Of a stretch of 63,769 nt of DNA, positions 12,901 through 27,900 are shown in pieces. Both the position numbers and the translations under genes were made by a program. Origin of the DNA: Negaprion brevirostris. Taxonomy: Eukaryota. Within the stretch, counting starts at the first letter, position 1; each line of letters opens with the position of its first letter. The stretch spans positions 52,586,832-52,650,600 of the forward strand of contig JARDVH010000031.1 in NCBI GenBank assembly GCA_030324005.1. The letters are read 5' to 3'. Under the pieces are notes generated by a model. It searched no databases. It had not been told where the DNA came from and worked only from the letters and a program-made list of their open reading frames with translations.

Positions 12901-15900
12901 TTTTCCTCTTGCCAATGCAACACAACCACCTGAATGAGCTGTAAAGTACAGAAGAGAAATCAGAGAAGATATTAAACAACTTTTCAAATGTTATTTTCTG
13001 CAAATCCTTAATTTATCCTTCCCTCTTAAATATTAAAACAGAAATTTAGAAAATGACACAACAGCAAAAGTTCAGCAATAATTATAGTCAAAAGTAAATA
13101 AAAAATTAATACATTTCAAAATGGTGCATTTTAAATCTACCTGGTTGATTTTTATTCCAATTTGTGAAGGAGACTGGTACATTCCTATCATTTGTTGTTA
13201 ACCAGGTATATTTGCCTGTATGGTTCCTATCTTGAAGACCTATCCAGAAGTGCTTGTATCCTTCTCCAGCAAAATTTCCAATCAGACTGTTGACAAACGC
13301 TTGTTCAAACCTACAGAAACAAGGTTAAAATGAAATAGAGAACCCAAGTTTTTTATAACTCCTGTGATGCTCAGAGAGATTGATGCAACATTATTCATAA
13401 TCCTACTATGATGACCTCCAAGGCCCTTCAAAATCTGACCAATGCTGGCTGATTCTTCATGTCTATTGCAGTATTTCATAAAATGCAATACATGCAGATA
13501 TAGGCAGGATTTTCCATGGTCCCACAGCATGCTTCGTGAAGGTGGCAGTGGCAAAACCTTTTGATCTCACTGCTGTTAACGGGTTTTCCCACTCTACACA
13601 CACCCCACCACCAGGAAGCCTGCGGAGGGGCTTGGAGGAACCGGAAGATTCCACTGGTGAGAACTGAGAGAAAATTCCAACCATTGTCTAATTTGTGATC
13701 TCAGGATTAATATGTGCAATCTTGTTTCCTAATTTAGGACTAAATTAGGCACCAAGAATGTATGTACCAATGTCACAAATTCCATAAGCAACAATAAACA
13801 ACCATTAATTTGTTAACACAGGTGCATGTTCACAACATTAATAATAAAAAACATGATTAGGGTAGATCAAATTGGCATTACTGTGATGAGCAGCACAACT
13901 TGTATAGGACCTTTTATTTCTCACCATTTGATCTGTTAACTTGTGAAAATACAAAGGTTCATTTGTTTTAGACATATTTGGAGATAAACACTTTGTTTTT
14001 AAAAATGAGAAGGAAATACACAGCTGTATGCACCTGTTCTTTAATAGAAATTAGGGGCTGCATTTTCAGACCTGAAGAGACAAGAATGGAATGGGGTTCC
14101 ATTGAGGAATGTGACCAGTATTCCCATCTCTCATTTCTGCCCTTCGCTATTTCTGTGAGGGTGGGATAGGAGCTGGCTTTGGAACAATCCTATTGCCCAT
14201 GTCCCAGTTTTCGCAGCATTTCTTTGGTTTTATTTTTATGCGGGTGCACCGCTGATGGCTGACCTGTTTAACTGCCAGATTGCCCTCCTGCCCACACATG
14301 CTCTATGATGTTGAGCATTGGCTTTCTGACAGGCTTCCCAAAACACCAAGCATTTTGTTAAGTACACCCACTCAGCTTCCTCTGTAGCTCAATCCATCAA
14401 CATTCTGCTCTGATTCTGTACAGCAGAACTGGTACGTGACATTGTCCTCGAGTGATCTCGCACCTGGCCTATTCTCTAACCATCCAGCCTCCAGTGTACC
14501 TGTACCTGGTGTCTCACCAAATGTAGATCCTTTATTCTATCCTCTAAAACATGTGCGGCACAATTTTCCTGCCCCAATACACTGGTCATGAAGCGTAGCA
14601 GGGCAGGAAATGTTAGTGGGAGACCAATAACGAGAATTATGTGCGACATCCAGCTGGTTGTGATCTTTCTAGGTCATTTTTTATGACATTCCCACATGCG
14701 AGGCTGATTACAATATTCATAGACTGACTTAAATCTCTTTGGTGAGCCCAGGACGCAGTCGTTTGGGCTCACTTAGGGTTCTGACCTCGCTGGTGGAGGT
14801 CCACATCAGCGGGAATCACAGATGGTCCCCAGCAATGGGAATGAAATGTGATGGCCTTGCTGGTGGGACTGGAGCCACTGAGATGCCCTGAGTGTTCAGG
14901 GCAGGTGGATGGTGCACCTTGGGCAATGCCAGCCTGTCACTGCCAGGCTGATACCCTGGCACTTCCTGGCATATTGGTACTGCCCACTGGGCACTGGGTG
15001 ATGCAAAGTGGGCAAGGCCTCACGGGGACAGAGCCACACTCTGCTCCCAGCCTCTCCAGTAGGAGTCAGCCCCCCACCCCCCCACTGACGTCAAAAGTCA
15101 GCTCACCCAAAACCTTCCATTTTCCCACCCATTGGGCATTTAGATTTATTTTGGAAAATCTCGCCTGTGCAGTATGAGGCTTGGAGCTGTTGGCTGTGAA
15201 TGCATTGTCGTGGTTACCCTCACCTGCTGGCCACATCCTACTGAGCAGTATTCCCAACATTTTCTACTCTTCCCAAATAGATAATGCACCAGTAAGAGCA
15301 TTACAACTCCAGTGACATAACAGGAATTATCCAGTGATGGGAAGAGATCTGTTAATACCCTAAGAGACATTGGCAATAGTAGAGCGAAACATACAATTGT
15401 AAGTAGCCAGGAGATAAATGAGTGCTACATGATGCTTGTTTCACCGAAGTGAGCAAGCGTTGGCACATAGCTATATTACCTGGGAGAAATGGGTACCTGC
15501 AATTTTCTTGACTCAAACTGGTCCTTATCTGATACTATCCAAACCAAGGATGAACTGGTTTAGAGACACCATACTGACCAGTTGCTAGCTGCCCAAGGTG
15601 ACTTGCCAAAACCACTTTGAGATGTTTGGTCTCGTTGCATAGCCTAATGCGTACTCAGATTGGTGATGCAATGTATAAACGCCTCTGTAATGAATCTGGG
15701 AGTCGGGCTTAGAAGCAAAAGGGGAGGGATGTTATATTGTCGGGGAATTACTGTGTATGGCATGGCTTCTTTAAGAGATCTCACTTGAACATTCTGTGAT
15801 ATCACCGAGGACTTCACAGCCTGCTGGCAGTTGGGGATTGGAGTCGGTACAGTGAACACCTAAAACAAACCTGTAAAAGTTGTGTGGACCTCCTGAATGG

Positions 15901-18900
15901 GATTGATCTCTCCATCATCCCCCCTTGCTCCAGCCACAGACAACACAACAGCCATCATGACTGAAAGGCTGCCAGTGTGTTGCAAGCTGTGAGTTGTGGG
16001 TATAAGGTCGTAACTGTACATCAGGTAAAGAATATGAATTTTAGGGATGAGCACTGACTGATAGACACTTGGCAGGCAGTCAATGGGTGTAGTGAACAAG
16101 GCTGGTGTTTGATGAAACAAGGCAGTTGCTATGTTATTTGAAGAGTTCACTTATCTTGACAAGTCATGCCGAATCATTAACCTTCTTCCTGCAATGCATT
16201 TACATTCTTGGAGCAACATTCCTAAAATTGACCTTGGCTAATACTTATTGCACTATCTCCTGAGCATGGCTGCATGCAGCAATCAGTTCAAAGATCAAAC
16301 ACCCCAGTTGAATCTGCTGTCTCCAACAGTATGAACAGATGCTGGCTAATCATAAATTGAATGGGCCTTGTATCCAGGTGGAAATACTAATGAGCTAGCC
16401 ACTAGATTCCTAACTTCATTCCATCTTGGAATTAAATAGGGGATTTAATGTAAAACTGTTTATAACATCTGACATTGGTAGTACTTCCCAAGACTAACAG
16501 TCTATCCACCATCAGCACAGCATCCTGATCATTGATTACAGGTGTGAATATTTTGCACTTCCTTCCCAATAAAACAACCTGGACCTCATTTAATCTTTAA
16601 CAACCTTGTTGTGAACAGAATTCAGAACAGGTCACCTGATGATTTTCATTCATTCATCTGACCTCAAAACATAACCATCTTACAAAACTTTGCATTTGTA
16701 ACAACAGGAAAGCACAGCTCTTCATTATTTTAATGACATTCCCCCGCTAATCAAAGACCAGCAGGGGGTTTAGGGGAGAGATATGGAAGCAATGTAAATT
16801 CTATGGGTTGTTGAGATTGAAAAATACTAAACAATTGATTCCCTCCATCCATCAGCAAAAATGATCTAAGAATCATATATATTTTTACCTGTTTTCAATG
16901 GTAACAAGTGAGCAATAATATCTTTTTGAAACTTCCTCATAGGTTTGTAGATGATTGTCAATCTTATAGCAGGATTCTTCATATCTTTTCCAGTCCTGAA
17001 AAATGAAAGAACGCCTTAGGTCCCAATATAAATGCATGGGAAAAATGTTCTTCAGTTGTTCACTGAAGTTCACTGAAGGTAACTGGGAGAGGTGAGGGGT
17101 GAGGGGTGAGGGGTAGGTGGGAGATGCAATCTGGAGTTATCGGGGGGAAGGCAATCAAGAGAGAGATGACAGGGAAGGCGCCTTCAGTGGATTTCAGAAT
17201 TGCTGTGTGGCCAGTTTGCACATTCTCCTTGTGTCTGCGTGGGTTTCCTCTGGGTACTCCAGTTTCCTCCCACAGTCCAAAGATGTGCGGGTTAGGNNNN
17301 NNNNNNNNNNNNNNNNNNNNNNNNNNNNNNNNNNNNNNNNNNNNNNNNNNNNNNNNNNNNNNNNNNNNNNNNNNNNNNNNNNNNNNNNNNNNNNNNGTAG
17401 TGGGGAGGTGGATAAGAGGGGCAGTGATGTGTGTGTGTGTCCACTTATCCACCTTACATCTTACCCGCCCCCCTCTCGCCCCTGAGATACAGCCTTGCTC
17501 CTGCTTGTCGCTCCTGGGCTGCTTTCTCCGCTTTCTGCAGCTCGGGAGCGATCTGACACGGGTGCGTTTTTTACAACTTTTTTCTAACCGCGCATGCGCA
17601 GTTCAGAGCTCCGATCATTCCAGCAGCGTAAGCTTCGTCCACACAGCGAATCGGACTGGAGATGGCTGAGAGCGTATGGGGGTGCCTAAAAGCGGATTTC
17701 TAAGTTGAACCTGTACTATGCCCAGAATTGGCATTTAGACTGAAAATGGTAAATTCGGGCCCATTAGGTGCAGGGTATCCCACTGATAAACTGGTATGCC
17801 TTGCATCAATTTAACCCTTGCAAAAAATGGGTGAATTCTATTATGTGCCACATTTGGATGGAAATTAAGATTTTCCTTTCAATGAATATTGCTTCTAGAT
17901 CATCAAGGAAAATAGTAGAAAATAATTGCTGCTATATTACTCTTGTACTAATGAAGAGTTAACTGGCCATTGCTTAAACTTTTTGAAAATTACAAAGTAC
18001 ATTTGTCAACCCGTGACTTTGCAGATTTAAGGAGGTGTGGGAAACAATGAAGAGATTTGTCTTAATTTCCTAGAAGAGTGGTTCCCAATCAATGTGCCGT
18101 GAAGACTCTCCAAGTGTGCCATGATAAAAGATTCAAAATGATTCAGAATTCCTGCAATTAAATTAACACTAACTCTTATCTTCAGCTCTGTGGTTGGCAA
18201 CTCCAAGATGCAATGAATCTTGGGCCTCCCGTGTATGTGCCAGCAGCAGAAGAGCTGCACATGCGTGGTTTAGATTTTTAATGTTGGTCAGGCCCTTGTG
18301 TATGACCAACAGATCCTGGAGCTGAAGACAAAGATCCCATGCCCGCACAAAAAACGAAAACTCAAAGAGGGTGTTAAAAACATGGGGAAAATGAGAGCGA
18401 CAGAAGAAAAATAGGTGAGAGAACAGGAAGAAATAAAAGCAAAGTTCCCAGTAAGGGAAGAAAACAGAGAAAACAAAGGTGCGCCTCAAAATTTTTTTGT
18501 AGAATAGTGGTGTGCCATGACATATAAATGGTTGTCCTAGAAGCCATCCTCCCGTGATTTCTTCACTTTCAAACAAAGAAGGCATGCATGACTGTTGGAA
18601 GGAATTGGGAGAAAGTGGGAATTCATCTCCATTATTCTGTGCTGATGATTGTAAACCAGATGGACAGTAACACAATAATCCCTTACAACTCTTAAGGGAC
18701 ACAGCATGGTGATCGGGGGCAGCTGAAAACCGGATGTTATCAGTGACCCCCGATCTTTGGGAAAGCCACGGTTGACAGACAGAAAGAGGTTCCCCCATTA
18801 TATTGCAGCTGCTGGTCAGTGGACAATTGATTATATTATTGGCTCTACAGAATGATGCACTGTTGATACATTAATGAACAACACTGACAATGCAAATTGA

Positions 18901-21900
18901 TAATGCTGGCACAGCAGTTAGCACTGCTGCCTCACAGCGCCAGGGACCCGTTTTCGATTCCCGGCTTGGGTCATTGTCTGTGAAGAGTTTGAACATTCTC
19001 CCCATGTCTGCGTGGGTTTCCTCTGGGTACTCTGGTCATCTCCCAGAGTCTAAAAGATGTGCTGGTTAAGTGCATTGGCCATGCTAAATTCTCACACAGT
19101 GTACCCTAACATGTGACGACTAGGGGATTTTCACAGTAACTTCATTGCAGTGTTAATGTAAGCCTGCTTGCAACAAATAAATAAACTTTGACCAGCAGTG
19201 TACACAGAAGATGGGCAGTTATGTCTGCATGTCTTCCTAACAGGACAATATCACTCTATCACAGCCACCTTTTCAGCTTTTAGCACATTTCTTCAGTCAT
19301 CTCAAGTAGCTGTGTCTAGGCCAGTAGATCTTTGAGGTTATGGTTTGAGGGCTTGATGGTACACCATTTATCATTGGATATAATGGGTACAACTTTCCAG
19401 TTTTAGGTGGCTCTCCTCTGCCAGTAGCAATAATAATTCCTGAAGTATTATTAACAGATAACAATAATGGAATCCAATACATACAGTATACAGCTCAAAA
19501 TTTGCAGTGTTAGAAATTAGTCAAACTGGCCAAGGACTCACTGCTGATTTTGGCTTTTGAGGTTCACAACACCGCACATAAGGTATGGAAAATGATGCAC
19601 TCTTCACTTGACTATTTATTGGCTTGAACTTTTCTGTGAACTGCAGAAATGGCTTTTTCCATTAACCTTGAGTACAACAGGCCACAGACTTTTGGAGACT
19701 TTGTCAGCAAAGATCTTTTCTCTTACAGCATGTTTAAATTTGGTTTCCTCTACACAGAGGATCTGTGGCATTTGTAAGAGGACAAGCAGCAGTGAAACTA
19801 TTGAACCTATTAGGCTTAAGAATCTTGCCTAACACACATATGAAGTAAAGTAGGAAATAAGAAAAGTGTATTTAAGACATTGTACTAAAAACTAATAAAA
19901 GTTTAGAATATCCACATGGGATTGAGGGAAATATATAAAAAAAAACAGTAAAATGATTGAAAAAATCTTGAACATTAATTTTCTTCTCAGGTAACTAGGC
20001 TCCACATTCATCAATTTATATTTTTTCAGGGATAGAGAGGTTGTTCATTAGTAATCATCATTTAATACACTTAAAATTCAGTTACCCCCAATTAAACAAA
20101 TCTTATTTTTGTTATATAACTATACATACAAATCATTATATAACTTTGTAATTTTAAGGGTGAGAATAGTGGATAATTAGCCCCAGCTCACACCACAACA
20201 TTGATCCCATGTAGATCCCATTAGCAAAGTCTGCAACAATGGAGGGGCAGGGTACCAGTGACAACAATTTCTATATTTTCTTGTTTATCTACAATGTGTA
20301 GCATACATTGCTGTCAGTTTTCTTACCCATCTTGAGTTCCCTGTATGTAGGATAGTCTGACCCGTAGGTGAAGACCTCCACCATAAACAGGGCAAAGACA
20401 GAGAACCAAAATCCACACAAGCCAGAACAGGGATCAAACCCTGTACAGTTGACCAATCTGATCCAGTCAACTAGCCTCCCACCAACCCAACCCCTGACCA
20501 AGGAATCAGAGTTTACCTTGCAATAATAGCAAACTTTGAGAATTGAGTACAGCAAAATCCAAAGCTTTCTGCCAGAGATAATGAGCTTAACTATTTCTAT
20601 GCCTTTAGTGCTGCAGCACAATTAAGCCACTTCCTCTGAAGACTTAAGTGATGGCATGTTGGAAACATTGGGAATCATGCAGTAAATCAATCTCTTGATA
20701 GAACTGCTCTGTCACATTCTCATAATATACAGATGTTCCATCCAAAACCAACAACAATTTCCACACAATAATGGTTAAAATATGAAATTAAATCTATTTT
20801 GTATTCCCAGAAATAGATATCTCACCGTAGGACATCCTTTATCCTTTCCAGGTTGCGCTTGTTCCACTTTTCCTGGTTTCTTACAGATGCTCCACATATT
20901 TTCCTTACAGTCTTTGACTTTCCATTGGCCATCCTGTTAATTGAAATAAAATTCTTAGTTCAAACACATAAGTCAAATAACAGTAACCACACATTACTAT
21001 GCTGTTCTGGATTTCTACTTGTCTATTTGCAAATGTTTGCACAAATCCCACCAGATGTTTGTCTGCCCTGGTCCAAAAAGTGTAACAGGTCCACATATAC
21101 AATTATCCCTGTCACTAAAGAATATTAACAAGTGGATATCGCAGATAAAAATTCACTACTGCATGCAAAATGAAGATGATTTCGCAAGTAGACTTACATT
21201 GACACTGCAATGAAGTTACTGTGAAAAGTCAGTGTGAAAACACTGTGAGAATAGTTAAGTAGCCAACATTGTTTTGCTACAATGAAAGTACTATACAAAT
21301 CCAAGTTGTAGTTTTATCATCAGAAAGACTATTGCTGGATCGTGGTAGAAGAAAATAAAGCTTTTTTTAAAATTTGCAACACATACCAAAGAAGGAATGC
21401 TGACTAGGTTCATTAAGAAGTTAATAAGATGTAAAATACACCGTTTTGACAATAAAGCATCATGGAACCAAACGCAAAACAGCTCATTTTGACAGCTAGT
21501 ATCAGTCTTTCAATGAAGGTTGTGAAATGTTCTCGTTTCAAATACAAAAAATCTCATGGGTCGTCAGATAAGATTATTAAGTCTTCCTTATAATAGCAAG
21601 TTAAAATGATTGGATGGCAAAAGCAACAGCCAGCTTGCAAATGTACAGTTCAATGATAAGTACAAGAACAGGTCATTCCGGATTAAAATTTACCTAAAAA
21701 GACGTCAAACGTTGAGCTAGAAGAAAACAGGCATTCAGCCGCTAACCCACTTTTCCCTCAGAAAATTTACAATGACTGAGTTTTCCCTAGTTACTTAATG
21801 TCTTAAAAGTAAGTTCCACATGAATGGCCCTTTATCCCCAAAGGCATTCGATAGGTCTCTGGTACAGCTAAACACCTCACATCACACTGACTCACTTGCT

Positions 21901-24900
21901 TCCGCAGACGAGACCTGTGGGTTTGAAGACTTGCAATAGTTTTGATAAGGCTTACAGGAGCCTTTGAACCAAAAGTGTGTGGCCAAACTAAAAACTGTTT
22001 GTGCACGGAGTTTGGCAGCAGATCAAAACACAAGACAGAAAAGACTGGGTAACTAGAAATAGTCTATTTCTAAATCTGCTCTCGTTGTGAAAGCTTCGAT
22101 CAATTTTAATCCATCCTAACAATAAACTTAAGTAAAGTTTTTCTAATACAAAATTTATTCGTTTTTCTGAACATTTAATCATAAGAACAACCACAAAAGG
22201 GTTTATTTCGGAACATCTGAATCACATAACAGTATTTGTAAGGTTAACAGGAGGGATATTATTTGTAAAACACCATTAACGTAGTTAGTGGTCAGACAGT
22301 AAAACAACAGTTCAAGAAGGTACTGAAATATTAGTAAATATATTTACAGTCTTCTGTGATGACACACAGTGTTCTGTGGTGTAATATGGAACCTGTGGTT
22401 CATTCTTATGCCAGTAAGTGAATGTCACAGGAGATCCTTCTGACCATGCAAACACAGCTGGTGTCCTGTTGCTGGCAAGTCCAATCCAAACTTCTGATAC
22501 AGTTTCTGGCAGAAAGATTATGTACATATATTTAGTTAGGTCAGAGGGAGCATGAAGTAATTTTCTCAGTACTTACCTGCCAGCTCTTTCTTCACTTCAT
22601 ATTCATACTCTTCATATCACAGCAGCAATTAGGTCAACATGGTGCATAGATTCTGGTTAGCTCAGTTGGTTAGATGGCTTGCATGTGGATTAGATTAACA
22701 TCAACAGCATGGGTTCGAGTGCTGTTCTGGCTGAGGTAGGGTCGAGGGCTGCCTCCTTGCTCCACCCATTGTAAAAAATCAGAACACTGCCGTGGTTCAG
22801 TGAGTAACTGCCAAGGATCTACCTTTGAGCAGAAAGCTTGCAAAGCAGAAGGTGGTTTATCCCATGCACGTCCGGAAGATTTGTTTCATCAATGAAGGAT
22901 TATTTTGAAATTTGTCTAAAAACTTGGCAATTCACTTGGCAAACAAAAACCTTTATGGCAGGGACTATGTGACAAAGAAACTCACAACATTTCATAATCA
23001 AACAAGAAAAACATTCAATGAATTTGTATCAATTCAGGTACAAAGTTCCTGAACATAGGCATGATCAAACTGGCTGCAAATTCATACACACTGAAGAGCT
23101 CCTAACTTGTATATTGCAACCAAACAGAAAATATCAAGAATCTCGGCCAATTACATCAACAGATTTCAGAGAATTATTCTCTTTGTAGCAAAACTCAAGT
23201 GGTTTGCCAGACAACTTTCTGGAAAGCTGTTAGGTAAATAGGTTTGGAGGTGTCCTGCTGTATAACCTCTAAGGAATCAGTTCTGACAAAGGATCATAAT
23301 GACCTGAAACACTGTGTGGAATTTTATGCCAGTGAGGATAATATGGTCCTGCCAAAGTCAACGGACTTTTGAGTGGCCCCCACCGCGACAGGACTCTAAC
23401 ATTCCGGCCATTAACTCTGTTTCTTTCTATAGACGCTGGCTGCCCTGATCAGAATGTCAACATTTTCTGGTTTAATCCCAAGGAGTCTGGTCTGTTCTCT
23501 GCTGCATGTTGCACGCGCTTTGCCATCCAGCAGGCCAATCCATTTGAGCCAACAGCAGAAGCTGACATGCAAGCTGAACAGCATACACGAGAGGAGGACA
23601 CAGCAGATAAGAAAATTCAAGGCCGATTCTATCCTGTAAGCTTGTATGGTTATCAAGTAATACCACATAATAGAATTTTAAAAAGGGTAAGTAACTTATC
23701 GTCTTTCCCCTGCCAAGAACTACAATTCGGTATGGTCCAACCATCCAGTGCCTGTTTTAAGTGCTCTTTTATCTACTCCTATGGGATGCCAAGAGAGGCT
23801 TCAGCTTGAATTGTATACAGTTGTTCAGTATACAGTGTAGGGAGTTGAGATAATCATGGCCAGCGAACTCAATACACTCAGACCTGAGAAGGATCAGCTA
23901 TTGCTCTGGGACTGTACTCACCATTTTTAAATTGGTTAATGAAAACAGCCAGATCCGCCAATGAGTGCATACTAATGAGTTCACTTCCATGTAGGTGACA
24001 GGATGTCAGTGCATCTTTCCAGTTCAAATCTTCCTTATGCAACTTATAGCAGAACCCATTGTAGGAAAGCCAGCCAGGTTCACAGTGTGTGGTCCTATAC
24101 TGCCAGAATTCTGTCATTGAGGTCAAAGAAAAAGAAAAAAAGCTTGCATTTTCGTAAAATTCTTCACAATTACAGGAATTCCCAAAGCACTTTACAGTCA
24201 ATTAAGTACTTAGTGATGTGAAATGGTGGAAATGTGACAATGATGAGGTTTCAGCTGCTGTTTGAGGGTTGGTCAGGATACTGGGGAGAACACCCCTCTT
24301 TTTCTTCTAAATGGTACCATGCAATCTTCAACAACCACCCAGAAATGGAGCCTCGGTTTACAGTCTCATCCAAACGATGACACCTCCAAGTGTGCAGCGC
24401 TCCCTCTGTGCTTCACAAGAATGCCAGCATTGATATTGTGGACACACCTCTGACGTGGAATATAAACCCACAACTTTCTACTTCGTGTAAAAGAAAGAGT
24501 TAGCATTCAGCCAAAACAGAGTAATGAACTGCCTATTTTGAGCCTGTTCTACTTCAGGATTAAGTAGTAGAAGCAAAAAGCACAGAACATTTACAAATGA
24601 AAATCCCATCATAACAAGCTGTCAAAGTGAATTCCATTTATGTTGTATTTTGTGCACACACCTGAGTAACTGATCATTAAAGCTGCCAGACTGTTGAGAA
24701 ATACTGACTGGGAGAGGAGAACCTGGTCTGACTTACATACATCTCCTGTCCCACACAATGTGGTTGCCTTTTTAAATGCCCTGAGGGTAACCAGGATCTG
24801 GAATAAGTATTGCCTTATCACGTCCCAAGGACAAACATTAAAAAATAGCAAAGTAGCTGACTTTTTTTAGCTTCAGCTTTCTTAACTTACAGGCTACATG

Positions 24901-27900
24901 AGTCAAGCAATTTCAAACTGAACTGAAGGAGCAGGAGGACCCAAAGTTCAAATTCTGTTCATTTTGATTCTATTAGTTGATCTCAGCCAGGGCAGCAGTG
25001 GCAAAGCTACAATTCATCTCAGCATTCCAAGCTAAGGTAAATAAAACCTCTATTATTGCAGGCTTCCTGTTTCTGGACTGCTAGCTGATCAGCATTTCCT
25101 GTTGGAAGTGTATGCACAAAGGACATTTGGGTGAGGGAAGGGTTGGCCTTAGTTAGGATAGCCTCCAGAGTTCAAGAGTTCATTGATGTTCGCTGCAAAT
25201 TCATACATGAAGCCACGAGATCAAAATGTGGGAAGGTCACATCATCCTTGATAATATTCTCCAATAATGCTTTATTTAATTTAGTATCTACAAGTAAGAA
25301 ACAGAGAGGAGAAATGTTCAGATATATCCTAACTTACCAAAGGGTTCCACTTTTGTAGAGTTGATCATTTTTTTACAAATATAAGGCAGGGCTGTTTCAC
25401 ACACAGCACTACTCCAGCGATAATTTAATTTAGAATTCAGCATTCCACAATGGTACGTCCCCAGCAATGAGCCCCGAGGCTGATCTACAGAACATAACAT
25501 TGCGAAGTTTAAATTTAAGTTGCTGCAATTGACATTTAAATCTATTTCGAATGCATTCATATTCAGTTTGAGAACATTTGTATAGTTTGAAAAATGCATG
25601 AAGAGAAATGAATGTAAATTGCTGCAGTAGGTCGCAAAAGTCATGGAGAGGGTGGGGATAACAGATGATGAGATGGGTCAACATTCTATCTGGGATGCCA
25701 CAGTGGCACAGTGGTTAGCACTGCTGCCTCACAGCACCAGGGACCCAGGATTAATTCCCAGCTTGGGCCAGTGTCTGCGTGCAATCTGCACATTCTTCCT
25801 CCGTCTGTGTAGATTTCCTCCGGGTGCTCCGGTTTCCTCCCACAGTCCAAAAGATGTGCTGGTTAGGTGGTATGGCCATGTTAAATTCTCCCTCAGTGCA
25901 CCCGAGCAGGCGCCGGAGTGTGGCAAATAGGGATTTTCACAGTTCAACTTCATTGCAGTGTGAATGTAAGTCGACTTATGACACTAATAAATAAATTTTT
26001 AACCATGTTTCTCTCCAGAAGTTTATCACTTAGAACTAAATTTTGAATTGAGAGTCAGGGTATAGGTTATGGTGGCTTAACAAATTGCAGTTATGGAATC
26101 CAAAATCAAATACATTAATTAAATTAATTAATTAACTTTAAAATGAAAAAATGTAATTAATACTACTCATGATAAAATTAATCAATTAGCTTCCTAAATA
26201 CCTGTGTCCCAATTTATAAAGCTCAGAGGTTCTCCATCAGACCATTGCCACCCAGTCGCTTCATCCAAATGATTGAGGCCTATCCAGGCCAGAATTCCAA
26301 CATTTTGTAAATGCTCTGTAACAGAAGTTTACTGCAGTATGAAATTCAACAGAAATTGTTATTACAGCATTGCATTGAAGATTTAACTCTGTGTCACATC
26401 CTTTGTTAGAATAGAGAAGCGTACATTAATGAATCAAAAATACGCGACAAAATAAATGAATGTTACATGGTACTGCATGGATCAATTAATATTTCTTTAG
26501 TTCTCACACATCAGGTTAGTGCATCAAAGAAATTATTTTTCCTGGAATAAAACTGAAGAATAATGATGGTTGTTTATGTTATAAATTTGAGTTATTATTC
26601 TACCCACTGAGTGATTAGTCAGCGGAATAGTTCAAGTAATTTCTAGCAGCAGTTATTCCAGGATGTGTCCAAATGCTAGTCCACTGTCCAAGATGCAATT
26701 TTTGCTATGCAATTTTTTGAAAACATGAATGAAATTTTTGTTGTTTTTAATTGAAACCATTTAGATTTTGACTTCCATGCCAGCTGGGCTGCAATTTTCA
26801 TCCAGTAACCAATCCAGTAACAACTGATAAGGTGAAACCTTTCTTTTATCACTGCACCAATCAATGATGACATTCTTCCTGTGTCAGTAATGTGGACTGC
26901 CACAATGTCAAAAGCTACCAACTTTGTCCCAAGTTGTTTAACAGCAGGGCAATACCTAGGTTCTATGATTCAATGAATGTCATTCTGGTAAATGAATTGC
27001 CATGCTATTTCCAAATCACGCAGCAATGCAACTCATGCTCTAATGACGTTGGGGGCAATTCTCCCAAAAAAAACTCTCAGTGCCAAATTCACATAAAAAC
27101 TGGAGTAAACCTGCTTGTATTTTTGGCTGGATTTTCAAAATGAATTTCCCACACTCTGAACACTGCAGAGTGCACTAGTCAGATGAAAATCTGGGGATGG
27201 GGCATATTCTTGCTGGAGAGGCTGGCAGCAAAGCGCTGATGTTATAGTGGAGATTGGCGCATGCACAGTAGCCCCACGCTGCTTGTCTCCCGATTGCTGG
27301 CCACTCCCGCAACCGNNNNNNNNNNNNNNNNNNNNNNNNNNNNNNNNNNNNNNNNNNNNNNNNNNNNNNNNNNNNNNNNNNNNNNNNNNNNNNNNNNNNN
27401 NNNNNNNNNNNNNNNNNNNNNNNNNNNNNNNNNNNNNNNNNNNNNNNNNNNNNNNNNNNNNNNNNNNNNNNNNNNNNNNNNNNNNNNNNNNNNNNNNNNN
27501 NNNNNNNNNNNNNNNNNNNNNNNNNNNNNNNNNNNNNNNNNNNNNNNNNNNNNNNNNNNNNNNNNNNNNNNNNNNNNNNNNNNNNNNNNNNNNNNNNNNN
27601 NNNNNNNNNNNNNNNNNNNNNNNNNNNNNNNNNNNNNNNNNNNNNNNNNNNNNNNNNNNNNNNNNNNNNNNNNNNNNNNNNNNNNNNNNNNNNNNNNNNN
27701 NNNNNNNNNNNNNNNNNNNNNNNNNNNNNNNNNNNNNNNNNNNNNNNNNNNNNNNNNNNNNNNNNNNNNNNNNNNNNNNNNNNNNNNNNNNNNNNNNNNN
27801 NNNNNNNNNNNNNNNNNNNNNNNNNNNNNNNNNNNNNNNNNNNNNNNNNNNNNNNNNNNNNNNNNNNNNNNNNNNNNNNNNNNNNNNNNNNNNNNNNNNN

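Noticed and set aside
18169-18798. 209-aa minus-strand ORF
   Set aside because: Low-complexity F/S/L-rich translation of a pyrimidine-rich intron strand, with no recognisable domain or fitting splice pattern.
25692-25770. tRNA-like A/B-box sequences (also at about 18908, 22650, 50138, 58610)
   Set aside because: These are tRNA-derived SINE heads, mostly followed by a V-domain and tail; no complete cloverleaf.
26676-26921. ORF containing YWIGYW, a CTLD-like motif
   Set aside because: The true exon 5 lies at 26202-26315 with WIGLN..GWQWSDG; this ORF lacks the rest of the domain.
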